A stretch of DNA of 64,000 nt from Cetorhinus maximus (taxonomy: Eukaryota), in the NCBI RefSeq assembly GCF_964194155.1, contig NC_135901.1:27280001-27344000 (forward strand), written 5' to 3'. Below the pieces are notes generated by a model. It had not been told where the DNA came from, did no database searches, and was given only the letters and a program-made list of their open reading frames with translations. This document shows positions 23,311 through 37,904 of the stretch, one piece after another; position 1 is the first letter of the stretch, and every line of letters begins with the position of its first letter. The position numbers were made by a program, and so were the translations under genes.

Positions 23311-24066
23311 ATGGAGAAACCATGGAAATGTGGGGACTGTGGGAAGGGATTCAAAACCCCATCGAAGCTGGAGACTCATCGACGCAGTCACACCGGGGAG
23401 AGGCCATTCACCTGCTTTGAGTGTGGGAAGGGGTTCGCTCAGCTACACCACCTGCAGTCACACCAGCAGGTTCACACCGGGGAGAGGCCATTCACCTGCT
23501 CCGTGTGTGGGAAGGGATTCGCTCGGTTATACAACCTGCAGACACACCAGCGAGTTCACACCGGGGAGAAGCCGTTCACCTGCTCTCAGTGTGGGAAGGG
23601 ATTCACTCAGTCATCCAACCTGCAGACACACCAGCGGGTTCACAACAGGGAGAGACTGTTCACCTGCTCCGTGTGTGGGAAGGGATTCACTCGGTCATCC
23701 AACCTGCTGACACACCAGCGGGTTCACACTGAGAGGCAGTTCGCCTGCTCTGAGTGTGGGAAAGGATTCACTGAGTTATACAGACTGCAGGTGCACCAGC
23801 GAGTTCACACTGGGGAGAGGCCATTCACCTGCTCTCAGTGTGAGAAGGGATTTGCTCGGTTACACCACCTGCAGTCACACCAGCAGGTTCACACTGGGGA
23901 GAGGCCATTCACCTGCTCCACGTGTGGGAAGGGATTCGCTCGGTTATACAACCTGCAGACACACCAGCGAGTTCACACCGGGGAGAAGCCGTTCACCTGC
24001 TCTCAGTGTGGGAAGGGATTCACTCAGTCGTCCCACCTGCAGACACACCAGCGAGTTCACAAGTGA
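23311..24066 (+). CDS. ZNF-4: C2H2 zinc-finger-only protein, 251 aa, 9 fingers
   Basis: Open ORF, all C/H ligands present, acceptor ttttacag near 22952. Confidence 0.92.
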   Translation: MEKPWKCGDCGKGFKTPSKLETHRRSHTGERPFTCFECGKGFAQLHHLQSHQQVHTGERPFTCSVCGKGFARLYNLQTHQRVHTGEKPFTCSQCGKGFTQSSNLQTHQRVHNRERLFTCSVCGKGFTRSSNLLTHQRVHTERQFACSECGKGFTELYRLQVHQRVHTGERPFTCSQCEKGFARLHHLQSHQQVHTGERPFTCSTCGKGFARLYNLQTHQRVHTGEKPFTCSQCGKGFTQSSHLQTHQRVHK

Positions 24067-24904
24067 TTGCAGGGTTTGGATTCTGCTGTTTTTTCCGCTG
24101 ATAATCACATCCAGGAATGAACCATGTTCTGACAGTTGGTAAATTGGGAGGGTCAGAGGGTTTCTTTCTGCTGGACTGACCAGTCCCACGACTTTGTCCC
24201 CAGTGGCTGATTCTCTTTGAGCCTTGTTACAAATATCCAATTTCATATTTCACAAAAATCACAGAATGAATGGGTGTTTGGAATGTAAAAGATATTCAGT
24301 TTGCATTTCTGTTTGGAACCCCCCAAAAGATGCCATGTTGCCATGGAGATGGGCTGTGCTGGTTAGATGGTTCTTTTGTATCCTTATTCTGGGTGTTTCT
24401 CACAGAAGAAAACTATCACAGTTTGAGGGTCAAGTTGGCTGTGGTAGATTGGGAAACTACATGAAAAGTTATGACGGTAGACAGGCAATAGCTAACCTTG
24501 AAGGAATTATTACACATTTACAACAAATATAGATCCCTTTAAGGAACATAAACCCAACAGGAAAAGTGATGCAACCGTGGCTAACAAGAGAAGTTGAAGA
24601 TTGAATTAGGTCTCCATAAGTAGTAAGCCTGAGGATTGGAGCGTTTTTTAGAATTCAGGAAAGGAGGACCAAGAAACTGATGAAGAAAGAGAAAATCGAA
24701 CATGAGAGCAAACTGGCGAGAAACATAAAAAGCGAATGTAAAAGCTTCTATTGGTATGTGAAAAGGAAAAGATTAGCAAAGAGAAATGTGGGTCCATTCC
24801 AGGCAGAGACAGGAGAATTTATAATGGGGAATAAGGAATTGGCAGAGAAACTAAACAATGTGTGTCTGTCCTCACAGAGGAAGATACAGAAATCATCCCA
24901 AAAA

Positions 24905-27900
24905 TACTTTTACTCCTTGCTTATCAAGAATCTATCTCGCTCTGCCTTAAAAATATTCAAAGACTCTGCTTCCCCCACCCTTTGTGGAAGAGAGTTCCAA
25001 AGACTCACTACTTTCTGAGAGAAAAAAGCTCTCCTCTGTCTTAAAGGGGTGATCTATTACTTTTAAACCCCAATTTCCAGATTCTCCCACAAGAGGAAAC
25101 ATCATTTCCACATCCACCCTATCGAAGCCCCTCAATCAAGTCACCTCTTACTCTTCTAAACTGCAGCAGATACAAGCCCAGCCTGTCCACCCTTTCCTCA
25201 TAAGACAACCTGCCCATTCCAGGTATTAGTCCAGTAAACCTTCTCTGAACTGCTTCCAACACATTTACATCCTTCCTTAAATAAGGAGACCAATACTGTA
25301 CACGGTACTCCAGATGCGGTCTCACCAATGCCCTGTATAACTGAAGCATAACCTTCCTACTTCTAACGACAACATTCTGTTAGCTTTCCTAATTACTTGG
25401 TGTACCTGAATAATTAGCTTTTATGATTCATGCACAAGGACACCCAGATCCCTCTGCATCTCAGAGCTCTGCAATCTCCCACCATTTCAGTAATATGCTT
25501 CGTTTTTATTCTTCCTGCCAAAATGGACAATTTTACATTTTCCCACATTACGCTCCATTTGCCAGATCTTTGCCCATTCACTTAACTTGTCTATATCCTT
25601 TAGTAGTCTCCTTTTGTCCTCTTCACAACTTACTTTTCTACCTGTCTTTATGTCATCAGAAAATTTAGCAACCATACCTTAGGTCCCTTCATCCAATTCA
25701 TTTATGTAAATTGTCAAAAAGGTTGAGGCCCCAGCACTGATCTCTGTGCACTCCATTCGTTATATCTTGCCAACCAGAAAATGACCCATTTATGCTTACT
25801 CTCTTTCCTGTTAGCTAGCCAATCTTCTATCCATGCAAATATGTTACCTCCCACAGAATGAGCCTTTGTTTTCCACAATAACCTTTGATGTGGCACCTCA
25901 TCAAATACCTTCTGGAAATCTAAGTTAGTGTTCCACCTGCTCCCCTTTATCATCAGCACATGTTACTTCTTCAAAGAACTCCAATAAACTGGTTAAACGT
26001 GATTTCCCTCTCACAAAACCATGTTGACTCTGCCTGATTACCCTGAATTTATCTACGTGCCCTGTTATAACGTCTTTAATAATAGCTTCTCACGTTGTCC
26101 CTCTGACAGATGTTAAGCTAACTGGCCTGCTTTCTGTCTCCCTTTTTGAATGGAGGAGTTGCACTCACTATGTTCCAATCTAATGGAACCTTCCTGAATC
26201 TAGGAAATTTTGGACAATTTCAACCCACGCATCAAGTTTCTCACTAGCTACTTCTTTTAAGACCCTGGGATGATGTCCATCAGGAGCTGGGTTCTTGTCA
26301 GCCCAAAGCACCAACAATTTGGTGATTGCAATTTTCCTGAGTCCCTCCCTCCCTTCCATTTCCTGTTTTACAGCTATTTCTGGGATGTTACTTGTAACCA
26401 CTGTAGTGAAGACCGATGCAAAATACCAGTTCAATTCATCTGCCTCCTCCTTATTTTCCATTATTAATTCCCCAGACTCACTTCCAAAAGACCAATGCTC
26501 ACTTTGTCTCTTTTCTTTTTTAAACATCAGTTTCCAGCTAGCTTTCTCTCATACTCTAATTTTTCCCTGCTTATTAATCTTTTAGTCATTCTTTGTTTTT
26601 TTTTATATTCTTTCCAATCTTCTGACCTGTCAACCATCCTTGTGCAATTACATGCTTTTTCTTTGAGTTCGATGCTATCTTTAACTTTTGTAGTTAACCA
26701 CTGATGGCCAGTCCTCCACTTCATTTTATTCTTTCTTGTTGGAATGTATCTATTCCGTTTGTTCTGAAATATCCCCTTAAATGTCTGCCACTCCATCTCT
26801 ATTGGCCAATCCCATAACCTAAATCATCAGTTCACTTTAGCTCTGCTTTCATGCCCTCATAATTTCCCTACTTTAGTTTAAAATACTAGTCTTGGACCCA
26901 CTCTTCTCTCCCTCCAACTGAATGTAAAATTCAACCATATTGTGTTCAATGCTACCTAGGGGCGTCTTCACTATGAGGTCATTAATGAATCTCATCTTGT
27001 TGCACAATGTTGGCATTTATTTCGAGAGGACTAGAATATAAAAGCAGGGATGTGCTGCTGAGGCTTTATAAGGCTCTGGTCAGACCACATTTAGAATATT
27101 GTGAGCAGTTTTGGGCTCCGTATCTCAGGAAGGATGTGCTGGCCCTGGAGAGGGTCCAGAGGAGGTTTACAAGAATGATCCCAGGAATGAAAGGTTTAAC
27201 ATATGAGGAACGTTTGAGGACTCTGGGTCTATACTCGATGGAGTTTAGAAGGATGAAGGGGTATCTGATTGAGACTTACAGAATACTGAAAGGCCTGGAT
27301 AGAGTGGACGTGGGGAAGATGTTTCCATTAGTAGGAGAGACTAGGACCTGAGGGCACAGCCTCAGAATAAAGGGAAGACCTTTTAGAACAGAGATGAGGA
27401 GAAACTTCTTTAGCCAGAGAGTGGTGAATCAATGGAATTCATTGCCACAGAAGGCTGTGGAGGCCAGGTCATTGAGTGTATTTAAGACTGAGATAGATAG
27501 GTTCTTGATTGGTAAGGGGATCAAAGGTTACGGGGAGAAGGTGGGAGAATGGGGTTGAGAAACTTATCAGCCATGATTGAATGGCAGAGCAAACTCGATG
27601 GACCAAATGGCCTAATTTCTGCTCCTATGTCTTATGGTCTTATAATACCAGGTCCAGTAGATCCTGCTCTCTGTCTCCAGAACATGCTGTTCTAGAAAAC
27701 CATCACAAAAATATTCGATGAACTCCCCATCAAGGCTACCTTTGTGTATCTGACTTTTTCAGTGTATATGTAGATAAAATTCCCCATAATTATTGCCGTA
27801 CCTTTCTGAAAAGCTCCCATGATTTTTCCCCTTATACCCCATCCTACCATGTGGTTACTGTTAGGGGGCCTGTACACCACTCCCACAAGTGGCTTTATCA

Positions 27901-28060
27901 TTTCTCATCTCTACCCAAACTGCTTCTACATCCTGGTTTCCTGAACTTAGGTCACCTCTCTCTATTGCGCTAATGCCATCATTAATTAACAGTGCCACCC
28001 CTTCACATTTTCCTAGTTTCCTGTCATTCCTAAATGTTATGCATCTTTCAATATTCAGTT
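24905..28060 (-). mobile_element. Degenerate CR1 LINE (-) with a younger CR1 3' end (+, 27007-27643) nested inside
   Basis: Minus ORFs VGVVYRPPNS, HPRVLKE, LDFQKVFD, KFSDD, RPHLEY; plus ORF 27007-27351; host resumes aataccagg after the ttatggtctt tail. Confidence 0.9.
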
Positions 28061-28090
28061 AGTCTGTTCATCTCCAAAGTCCCAGGAAGG

Positions 28091-28875
28091 TGTTAAAAAT
28101 GTCAGATTTTGTAAATGGCTATACTTGAATTTTCTATTAAATTTCAAGATAGAATGAAGTTGGGAGTCTAAAAGGTAACTAATCAGCATGTCTACCTGGA
28201 TACAAGGCTCATGTGATTCACATTGCCATAGAGATGGGTTTTAATAGGGGAAGGATCCATGGGAAGCCATTGTAGGATCAAGGTTGGAAAGTTCTCTTAA
28301 AAGCCATCCCTGAATTCCACAGACAGATCAGTCTGCCAGGATCCAAGAGAGAGAGAGAGCTGATAGAGGCAGCAAGTCTGTTTCACCACGCGGGAATGTG
28401 GATGGGACATTGTGCTCACGTTGAAAAGACCAATTTCATTACGATTTAAGGAGAGACTGGAAGATTTGCCTCGCTTGAGTTAGAGGGATGACCCAGGAGA
28501 ACCCTCACAGTGAAAGACAGTTCTGATGTTAAAGGTTGCTCGACTGGGAAAGGAAAAGAATGGAAGTAAACCCTTGGGAGTGAAGAATCACTTTGGACAG
28601 GTTCCAGGAGAATTGAGTGTCTATTTTAAGGACAGAGTAAAATATGACCGTGGAGAGGGATTTTTGATTATGTTCAAAGTAAAATGGTAAATTTCTGTTT
28701 GATAGTTTAAGGTATATGTTGCCAACAAAAATGGTGTTTAGTCAAAGTTGCTCCTAGATTGTTTGTTGCAGTAAAAGTCACAAAACTTGAAGTCTTGTCA
28801 TGTGAACCTTTAATTTGTTCAATGGAAATTTGAATTTAACTTTAGAAGTTACCAGTCTTTACAGAGATCCTAACA
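28091..28875. mobile_element. Probable solo LTR
   Basis: TGTTA...TAACA termini, 785 bp, no ORF; no target duplication seen. Confidence 0.45.
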
Positions 28876-29514
28876 TTTGGATTAGAGCCACAAGTTTCAA
28901 CTTCCCATTTGAGCCTCCAGCACCTTTCTGTCTCTCTACTGCCCGTGTCAATGACAGCCAGGCGACGGAGCTGAGGGCTGAATTTAGCTGAGAATAACGG
29001 GGCCTGCGCCCCAGTTGGGAAACTGCCATGGGCGTCGTACTGATAGAGAGACAGGAAGGTGCTGGAGGACTTATTGGGAAATCGGCCTCCAATGGGGCGC
29101 AGGAGGGGGTGACCATGGCTGATGGTGACATGACCTCCGGGGTTCAGTGCCCCTCTGTCCAAAGTGGGAGTTGCTGGAACAGGGTACAGAGGAGCTGAAG
29201 AGAAACCATTTGGGTCCAGACCATTGTGCACATCCTTTTACTCTGGTTGTCTTTGATCCTCAAGTAATTTTCTGTTTGTTTTTTTTTAAACCACGTCCTG
29301 TTTCATTAATAAACTTTTAGCGGTCAAAATATTTGGTTGTTCTGGACATTTCATGATTAGATTTCAGCACTTTAGGGAAAGTGGGTGTGAGGGGTTGGCA
29401 GGCTTTTTAACAGAAAGTGAGTCCCTCTAAGGTAATTGGCAAAGGAGACAGAGGGGGAGATGAGGTTTTATTTTTCTTTTGACACAATGTTAGAAAATGG
29501 GGTTCAGGGAGTCC

Positions 29515-32500
29515 ATTGTGATTTACTAATTTATCCAAGTTCTTTGAGGAAGTAACAAGAAATGTGGATAAAGGGGAACCTGTAGATGTGGTTTACTTAG
29601 ATTTCCAGACGGCATTTCACAAGGTGCCACATCAAAGGTTACTACACAAAATAAGAACTAGTGGTGGACAGGGTAACATATTAGCATGGGTAGAGGATTG
29701 ATGAGCTAACTGGAAACAGAACGTAGGCATAAATGGATCATAGAGACATTGAAACATAGAGAGCAGGAGGAGGCCATTCAGCCCTTTGAGCCTGCACCAC
29801 CATTCATTATGATCATAGCTGATCATCCAACTCCTGCTTTCTCTCCACATCCTTTGATCCCTTTCGCCCCAAGAGCTATATATAACTCCTTCTTGAAAGC
29901 AATGTTTTGGCCTCAACTACTTTCTGTGGTAACGAATTCCACAGGCTCACCAGTCTGGGTGAAGAAATATTTCCTCATCTCAGTCCTAAATGGTCTACCC
30001 CGTATCCTCAGACTGTGACCCCTGGTTCTGGACTCCCCCACCACAGGGAACATCCTTCCTGCATCTACCCTGTCTAGTCCTGTTAGAATTTTATAGGTTT
30101 CTATGAGATCCACCCTCATCCTTCTGAACTCCAGCGAATATAATCCTAACCGACTCAATCTCTCCTCATATGTCAGACCCACCATCCCAGAAATCAGTCT
30201 GATAAACCTTCGCTGCACTCCCTCTATAGCAAGAACATCCTTCCTCAGATAAGGAGACCAAAACTGCACACCATATTCCAGATGTGGTCTCACCAAGGCC
30301 CTGTACAATTGCAGCAAGACATCCCTGTTCCTGTACTCTGGCTATGAAGGCCAACATACCATTTGCCTTCTTTACCACCTGCTGCACCTGTATGCTTACC
30401 TTCAGCGACTGGTGTACAAGGACACCCAAGTCATGTTGCACATTCCCCTCTCTCAATTTATAGCCATTCAGATAATGATCTGCCTTCCTGTTTTTGCTAC
30501 CAAAATGGATAACCTCACATTTATCCACATTATACTGCATCTGCCATGCATTTGCCCACTCACTCAGCTTGTCCAAATCACATTGAAGCATCTCTGCATC
30601 CTCCTCACAGCTGATCCTCCCACCCAGCTTTGTGTCATCTGCAAATTTGGAGATATTACATTTAATTCCCTCATCTAAATCATTAATATATATTGTGAAT
30701 AACTGGGGTCCCAGCACTGATCCCTGCAGTGCCCCACTAGTCACTGCCTGCCATTTGGAAAAAGACCCATTTATTCCTACTCTTTGTTTCCTGTCTGCCA
30801 ACCATTTTTCTATCCATCTCAATACACTAACCCCCAATCCCATGTGCTTTAATTTTACACGCCAATCTCTTATGTGGGACTTTGTCGAAAGCCTTCTGAA
30901 AGTCTAAGTAAACCACATCCACTGGCTCCCCCTCATCAACTCTACTGGTTACATCCTCGAAAAATTCCAGTAGATTTGTCAAGCATGATTTCCCTTTCAT
31001 AAATCCATGCTGACTCTGTCTGATTCTGCCACTGTTTTCCACATGCTCAGCTATTAAATCTTTTATAATGGACTCTCGAATTTTCCCCACGACCGACGTC
31101 AGGCTGACTGGTCTATAATTCCCTGTTTTCTCTCTGCCTCCGTTTTTAAATAGTGGGGTTACATTAGCTACCCTCCAACCTGTAGGAACTGCTCCAAAGT
31201 CTATAGAATCTCGGAAGATGACCACCAATGCATCCACTATTTCTAGGGCCACTTCCTTAAGTACTTTGGGATGTAGATTATCAGGGCCTGAGGATTTATC
31301 GCCCTTCAATCCCATCAATTTTCCTACTAATACTGATTTATTTCAGTTCCTCCCTCTCACTAAACCCTGTGTTCCCCAACATATCTGGTATGTTATTAGT
31401 GTCCTCCTTTGTGAAGACAGAACCAAAGTATGTATTTAGTTGGTCAGCCAGTTCCTTGTTCCCCATTATAAATTCCCCTGTTTCTGATTGTAAGGGACCG
31501 ACATTTGTCTTCACCAATCGTTTTCTCTTCACATAGCTATAGAAACTTTTACAGTCAGTTTCTATGTTCCCCGCAAGCTTACTCTCGTACTCTATTTTCC
31601 CCTTCTTAATCAATCCCTTGGTCCTCCTTTGCTGAATTCTAAACTGCTCCCAATCCTCAGGTCTGTTTTTTTTTCTGACCAATTTGTATGCCTCTTCCTT
31701 GCATCTAATACTATCTCTAATTTCCCTTGTAAGCCATTGTTTGGCCACCTTTCCTATTTTACTTTTGCGCTAGACAGGAATAAACAATTGTTGCAGTTCA
31801 CCCATGCGCTCTTTGAATGTTTGCCATTGCCTATTCACCATCATCCCTTTAAGTAATGTTTCTCAATCCATCATAGCCAACTCGCGTCTCATATCATCGT
31901 AGTTTCCTTTATTGAGATTCAGGACACTAGTCTCAGAATCAACTACGTCACTCTCCATCTTGATGAAGAATTCTATCATATTATGGTCGCTCATCCCCAA
32001 GGATGATAGCACAACTAGATTTCCAATTATTCCTTTCTCATTATATAATGCATCCATAATTGCAGATGTTCCTTTATCGCATGCGTCTCTAATTTCTTGT
32101 TTAATGCCATTCCCAACATCATCACTACAGTTTGGGGGTCTATATATAACCCCCACTAACGTTTTTTGCCTCTTAATGTTTCTCAGCTCTACCCATACAG
32201 ATTCCACATTGTCGGAGCTAATATCTTTCCTCACTATTGCGTTAATTTCCTCTTTAACCAACAATGCAACTCCACTACCTTTTCCTTTTTGTCTGTCCTT
32301 CCTAAATACTGAATACCCCTGGATGTTCAGTTCCCATCCCTGGTCACCCTGAAGCCATGTCTCCGTAATCCTGACTATATCATACCTGTTTACATCTATT
32401 TGCGCATTTAATTCACCAATTTATTGCAAATTCTCCTCGTGTTAAGGCACAAAGCCTTAAGGCTTGTCTTTTTAACATTACTTGTCCCATTCCCACTATT

Positions 32501-33935
32501 TTTCACTGAGGCCCTGTTTTGATTCTTGCCCTTGATTTCTCTGCCTATCACTTTTCTTATTCCCCTTTCTGTCTTTTGTTTTTGTCCTTGATTCCCCTTC
32601 CTTTGACTCCTGGCATAGGTTCCCATCCCCCTACCATTTTAGTTTAAACCCTCCCCAACCACTCTAGCAAATATTCCCCCCAGGACATCAGTGTCCCAAT
32701 GTCCCAGGAATCTGAAACCCTCCCCCTCACACCATCTCTTCAGCCACATATTTATCCGATATATGATGCTATTTCTACTCTGACGAGAATGTGGCACTGG
32801 TAGTAATCCTGAGAGCACTACCTTTGAGGTCCTACTTTTCAGCTTATTTCCTAACTCCCCATATTCTGTTTTTCGGACCTCATCCCTTTCATTTTCGGGT
32901 TGGTAAGATGGGACAAGTGGAGTGCCACAGGAGATCAGTGCTGGGCCCTCAACCATTTGCAATCTATCTCAATGACTTGGATGACGGGATCAAATGTATG
33001 GTGGCTAAATTTGCTGATGACATAGATACGTAGGAAAATAATTTGTGAAGAGGATTTAAGGAGCCTGCAAAGGGATATGGATGGTTAAGTGAATGGGCAA
33101 AAATTTGGCAGATGGAGTATAATGTGGGAAAATGTGAACTTGTCCACTTTGGCAGAAAGAATAAAAAAACACAGCATATTATTAAAATGGAGACAGATTG
33201 CAGAACTCTGAGGTACAGAAGGATCTGGGTGTCCTGGTACATGAACCACAAAATGTGAGTCTGCAGGTACAGCAAGTGATTAGGAAGGCAAATGGCATGT
33301 TGTCGTTTATTGCAAGGGGAATGGAATATAAAAGTAGGGATGTTTTCCTGCAGCTGTACAGGGCCTTGGTGAGACTACATCTGGAATACTGTGTACAGTT
33401 TTGGTCTCCTTATTTAACAAGTGGCATAACTGCATTCGAAGCAGTTCAGAGAAGGTTCACTCACCTGATTCCTGGAATGAGGGGGTTATCCTCTGAGGAA
33501 AGGTTGGACAGGTTAGGCCTGTATCCATTGGAGTTCAGAAGAATGAGAGGTGATCTTATTGCAACTTATAAGATCCTGAGAGGGCTTGACAGGGTGGATG
33601 CTGAAAGGATGTTTCCCCTTGTCAGAGAGAATAGAATTGGGAACACAGTTTAAAAATAAGGGGGTCTCCCATTTAGGACAGAGATGAGAAGAATTTTTTT
33701 CTCTAAGGGGGTTGTGGGTCTGTGGAACTCCCTTCCCCAGAGAGCGGTGGAGGCCGGGTCACTGAATAGTTTTAAGGCTGAGTTTGATAGATTCTTGTTT
33801 GACAAGGGAGTGAAAGGGTTTCGTGGGTGGGAAGGAAAGTGGATTGAGACCACAATCAGATCAGCCATGACATTATTGAATGGAGGAGCAGGCTGGAGGG
33901 GCCGACTGGCCTACTCCTGCTCCTAATTTGTATAT
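29515..33935 (+). mobile_element. CR1 RT 3' half (+), interrupted at 29741-32890
   Basis: DVVYLDFQTAFHKVPH before the break, KFADD and RRMRGDLI after; tcat repeated at both junctions. Confidence 0.88.
29741..32890 (-). mobile_element. CR1 LINE (-): end of esterase-type ORF1 plus degenerate ORF2
   Basis: TSKVVLSGLLPVP...INMWLKRWCEGEGFRFLGHWD; VGVIYRPPN; NYRPVSLTSVVGK; QHGF; KFADDTKLGG. Confidence 0.93.
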
Positions 33936-36900
33936 ATTAACCCTTTATCCCCTTTCCCAAACTCTGAAATGATTCACTGTGATAACCCTTATTGGTGACA
34001 GTGGTTAGATTTTGTTCAGTATAAATAAGACCTGACACAAGCTCATGTCTGAGCAGTAGTATCAAAGTGCAGCAGCATTACCATTACACTCTGGGTAGAA
34101 GCACCATCTCCACGTAAATGCTCCCTGGTCTGCCCCAGATGCCATGGCACCAGTCAATGCAATATGTAAAACCTCTACAAATCTCTGTGCTCGGGGAATC
34201 CCTTCTGATACTTTTTTACATCACAAGGTCCATGGAGACTGATTTAACCCAATCATTGCCGAGCTAACGTTTGAACTGACCAATTACAAAACCTGTCATT
34301 GAACCATCTGTACCTGCCCAAGCCACGTCAAACTCTCAAACAATTGGCTTCCCACGCTCCGTCCCTGGTACAGGGAGTCAGCATTCCCAAGTCAAGCAGT
34401 GAAAACATGGTGGCCTTGACACCCAGGAGTTTTCTAGGATTCAAGGCACTCTTGTTTTCTCTGTCCTCTGGGAGCTGTTCATCTCCCTGTTCCCACATAG
34501 CAAGTCATCTGTTCTCAGCTCTGCCAGATTTCTGCTGAAGTTTGGCCCCTTTTACACCTTTCGGATCAATAAAACATTTGGTCAATGAAGACCCAAACCA
34601 CAATTTCCCATCCTGTCATCTGTCAACCATCCTCACCCAGATAGTAATCACAACAGCAATAAAAACAGGAGAAGTGTAACAATCAAGTTAAAAATAAATG
34701 CACAGCCTGTCATAGTTTTTAATTTAGTTTTCACTAATTAGCAAGAAAACCCGAAGTAGGAAGTCCCCCAGGATTCTTACAGTCCACATCTTGAGGGGGA
34801 GGAGAACTCTCTCTCCAACCCCTCACTCAATTTCACTCTGTTATTTTCCAGTTCTGTTCTGGCCCCGTCAGGGGTAACATCTACTCGATTTTTTCTTCTC
34901 CTGAAGGAGCGCCGTGAGTTCTAGGTTACTAGTACATAAGGACATATGCTTCAAGCAACAGATCAAGCATGGATGTAAAAAATTCTCCAGCTCTCTCCTT
35001 ACCCCTGTCCAACTTGTGGACAGTTCTCACTCAGTATTATTTCTCCCAAGCCCTTAATTGACCCAATCCAAATGTTTATCTCTGTTCGTTCAATTTTAGT
35101 CACTTTTTGACCATGACCAGTGTGTTTAATTCTATACTGATTGTTTTAAAGTCAGTTTCCCTCTGGAGTATGTGTCAATGCTTTGATGATGTCAAAATAT
35201 TGTCTCATTCTCATTATATTAACCCTTTCATGTCATGTTGTTTGTCAAGTAGCTGTGTATGTTTGGGACCCATTCCTCGGTCCACTTCACCATGAATTTA
35301 CGCGTGCTATTGATTTCACATGTAACAAATCACATTTGCACACTCACACCGGTATCCCAATGTCAGGCCACATATTCTGAACTTTCAGGTGCGCATAGCA
35401 AAAGATCAAAGTGAGTGTCTGTCTTTGCTTATCTCCCCCTGTTATGGTCCTGATATTTCAGGTGGTGGCCAGGCTGTCAAATGTGGTTTTCTTTAAAACA
35501 AAATTCATAGGTAAGGATGTAAATATCCCCCAGAGAAATCTATCAACTTATTCATCTCATCTACACCTCCCTGACTTTCACTAGAATGTAGGTGGATACC
35601 AGATTGATACATTCCACTGATCACCCGGGTGAGTTACTCCAATTCCTTCACTGTGCAATACAATATATTCATCATATCTTTAAAAAAGAAATCAAATTCC
35701 CAATTGATTTCAGGCATTAACATATTGTTTTATTTATTTTAGATGTCAGACTGGGGTTGTTTTCCTTGAATCCGGGAGGTTGAGGGGAGATTTGATAGAG
35801 GTGTACAAGATTATGACAGGTTTAGATAAGGTGGACAAAGAAAAGCTGTTCCCATTCGCTGGTGGTACAAGGACGAGGGGGACACAGATTTCAGGTTTTG
35901 GGCAGGAGATGCAGGGAGGATGTGAGGAGGAATATTTTTACACAGCGAGTGGTAATGACCTGGAACTCGCTGCCTATGAGGGGGTTGGGAAGCAGAGATG
36001 ATGAACAATTTCAAAAGGTAATTGGATGGACAGTTGAGGGAAATAAACTTTCAGGGATTCAGTGATAGAATGGGGGAATGGGATTGACTGGATTGCTCTA
36101 CAGAGAACTAGCATGGAATTGATGGGCTGAATAGTTTCCTTGTATATCTTAATGACTCCATGATCCAAAGAGAGAAATTTCAGCTGCCCCAATCTCTCCA
36201 ACTAACTGAAGTCTCTCATCCCTGGTGCCATTGTCGTCAATCTCCTCTGCTCCCTAAGAACTTCACATCTTTCCTAAAGTGTGGGGCCCAGATACAGGGT
36301 TCCATTCTAGAGGGATAGAATTGAAAAGCAGGGAGGTTATGTTCAACTTTTTTCGAACCATGGTTAGACTACACTGGGGGTACTGTCAACATTTCTGATC
36401 TCCATTTCAAAAAAGGAAATAGAGGCATTGGAGAAGGGACAACAAAGATTCACAAGAATAATACCAGAACTGAGAGCATTTAACCTTCAGGAAAGGCTGG
36501 GGCTGCTTTTCTCTAGAAAAGAGAAGACTGAAGGGTGACCTGATGGAAGACTTTAAGATGATGAAAGGGTTCAATAATCCAATAGGGATTTCATGAGAAA
36601 CCTCTTTACCCAGCGAGTAGTGAGAATGTGGAACTCGCTACCACAGCGAGTGGTTGAGGTGAATAGCTTGAATATATTTAAGGGGAAGCTAGATACATAC
36701 ATGAGGTAGAAAGGAATAGAAGGATATGCTGATGGAGAGAGATGAAGAGAGGTGGGGAGAGATGAAGAGGGGTGGGTGGAGGTTCATGAGGAGCATAAAT
36801 ACTGACATAGACCAATTGAGCCGCCTGGCCTGGCCCTGTGCTATAGACTCAATGGAACAGAGACAAATGTATTTATTTTAGATCTACCTGTAGTGGTAGG

Positions 36901-37145
36901 AAAAACACTATTTACTATCCAGGATAAAATAAATGTCCTTCATCAGCTTTTGTGGACCATTTCTGTGGAAATGTGCACTCCCAGGCTCAAAGAGCATCAG
37001 CCCACTGGAAGCAAAGACGTGAGAACGGCCAGTCCAGCAGAAAGAAACCCTCCGACCCTCCCACTTCACCAAGTGTCAGAATGAACATGGTTCAGTCCTG
37101 GATGTGATTAACAGCAGCAATAACAGCAGAATCCAACCCCTGGAA

Positions 37146-37904
37146 TCACTTGTGAACTCGCTGGTGTCTCAGCAGGTGGAATGACTGAGTGAATCCCTTC
37201 CCACATGTGGAGCACGTGAAAGGCTTCTCCCTGGTGTGAACTCGCTGATATGTCAGCAGGCTGGATGTATCTGTGAATCCCTTCCCACACACAGAGCAAG
37301 TTAATGGCCTCTCCCCAGTGTGAACCCGCTGGTGTATCAGCAGCTTGGATAACTGAACGAATCCCTTTCCACATTCAGAACGAGTGAATGGCCTCTCGCC
37401 ATTGTGAACTGGCTGGTGTGTCAGCAGGTGGGATAACTGATTAAATGCCTTGCCACACTCAGAGCAGCTGAAAGGCCTCTCCCCGGTGTGAACTCGCTTG
37501 TGTTTGTGCAGATTGGATGAATTAGTAAATCCCTTCTTACACTCAGAACAGATTAATGGTCGTTCCCCGGTGTGAACTCGCTGGTGTGTCTGCAAATGGG
37601 ATAACAGAGTGAATGCCTTCCCACACTCAGAGCAAGTGAATGACTGCTCCCCGTTGTGAACTCACTGATGTGTCTGCAAGTTGGATAACCGAATGAATCC
37701 CTTCCCGCACTCAGAGCAGGTGTATAGTCTTTCCCCAGTGTGAACTCGCTGGTGCATCAGCAGGGTAGATGAATCACTGAATCCCTTCCCACACTCAGGG
37801 TAGGTGAACGGCCTCTCCTTGGTGTGACTGCGTCGATGAATCTCCAGCTCAGACGGGGCTTTGAATCCCTTCCCACCGTCCTGACATTTCCATGGTTTCT
37901 CCAT
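37146..37904 (-). pseudogene. ZNF-5: 9-finger C2H2 gene with one in-frame TGA at codon 81 (37662-37664)
   Basis: ORFs 37662-37937 and 37146-37595 are in the same frame; CAT CAG TGA GTT CAC; fingers 1 and 7 also lack a Cys. Confidence 0.85.

Larger units (their letters stand above)
28878..35700 (+). repeat. Unit X copy 2, split by a 4.4 kb nested CR1 insertion (about 29515-33935)
   Basis: 28878-29517 matches 13570-14195; 33936-35300 matches 14197-15560. Confidence 0.9.

Noticed and set aside
23201-24142. Long alternate-frame ORFs over zinc-finger arrays ([14 protein letters not shown] repeats)
   Set aside because: Expected shadow frames of 84-bp finger repeats
24224-24532. 102-aa ORF repeated at equal length at 43232-43540
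   Set aside because: TTG start, many amino-acid-changing differences, begins at an LTR-like TGTTA and runs into CR1; explained by recent segmental duplication
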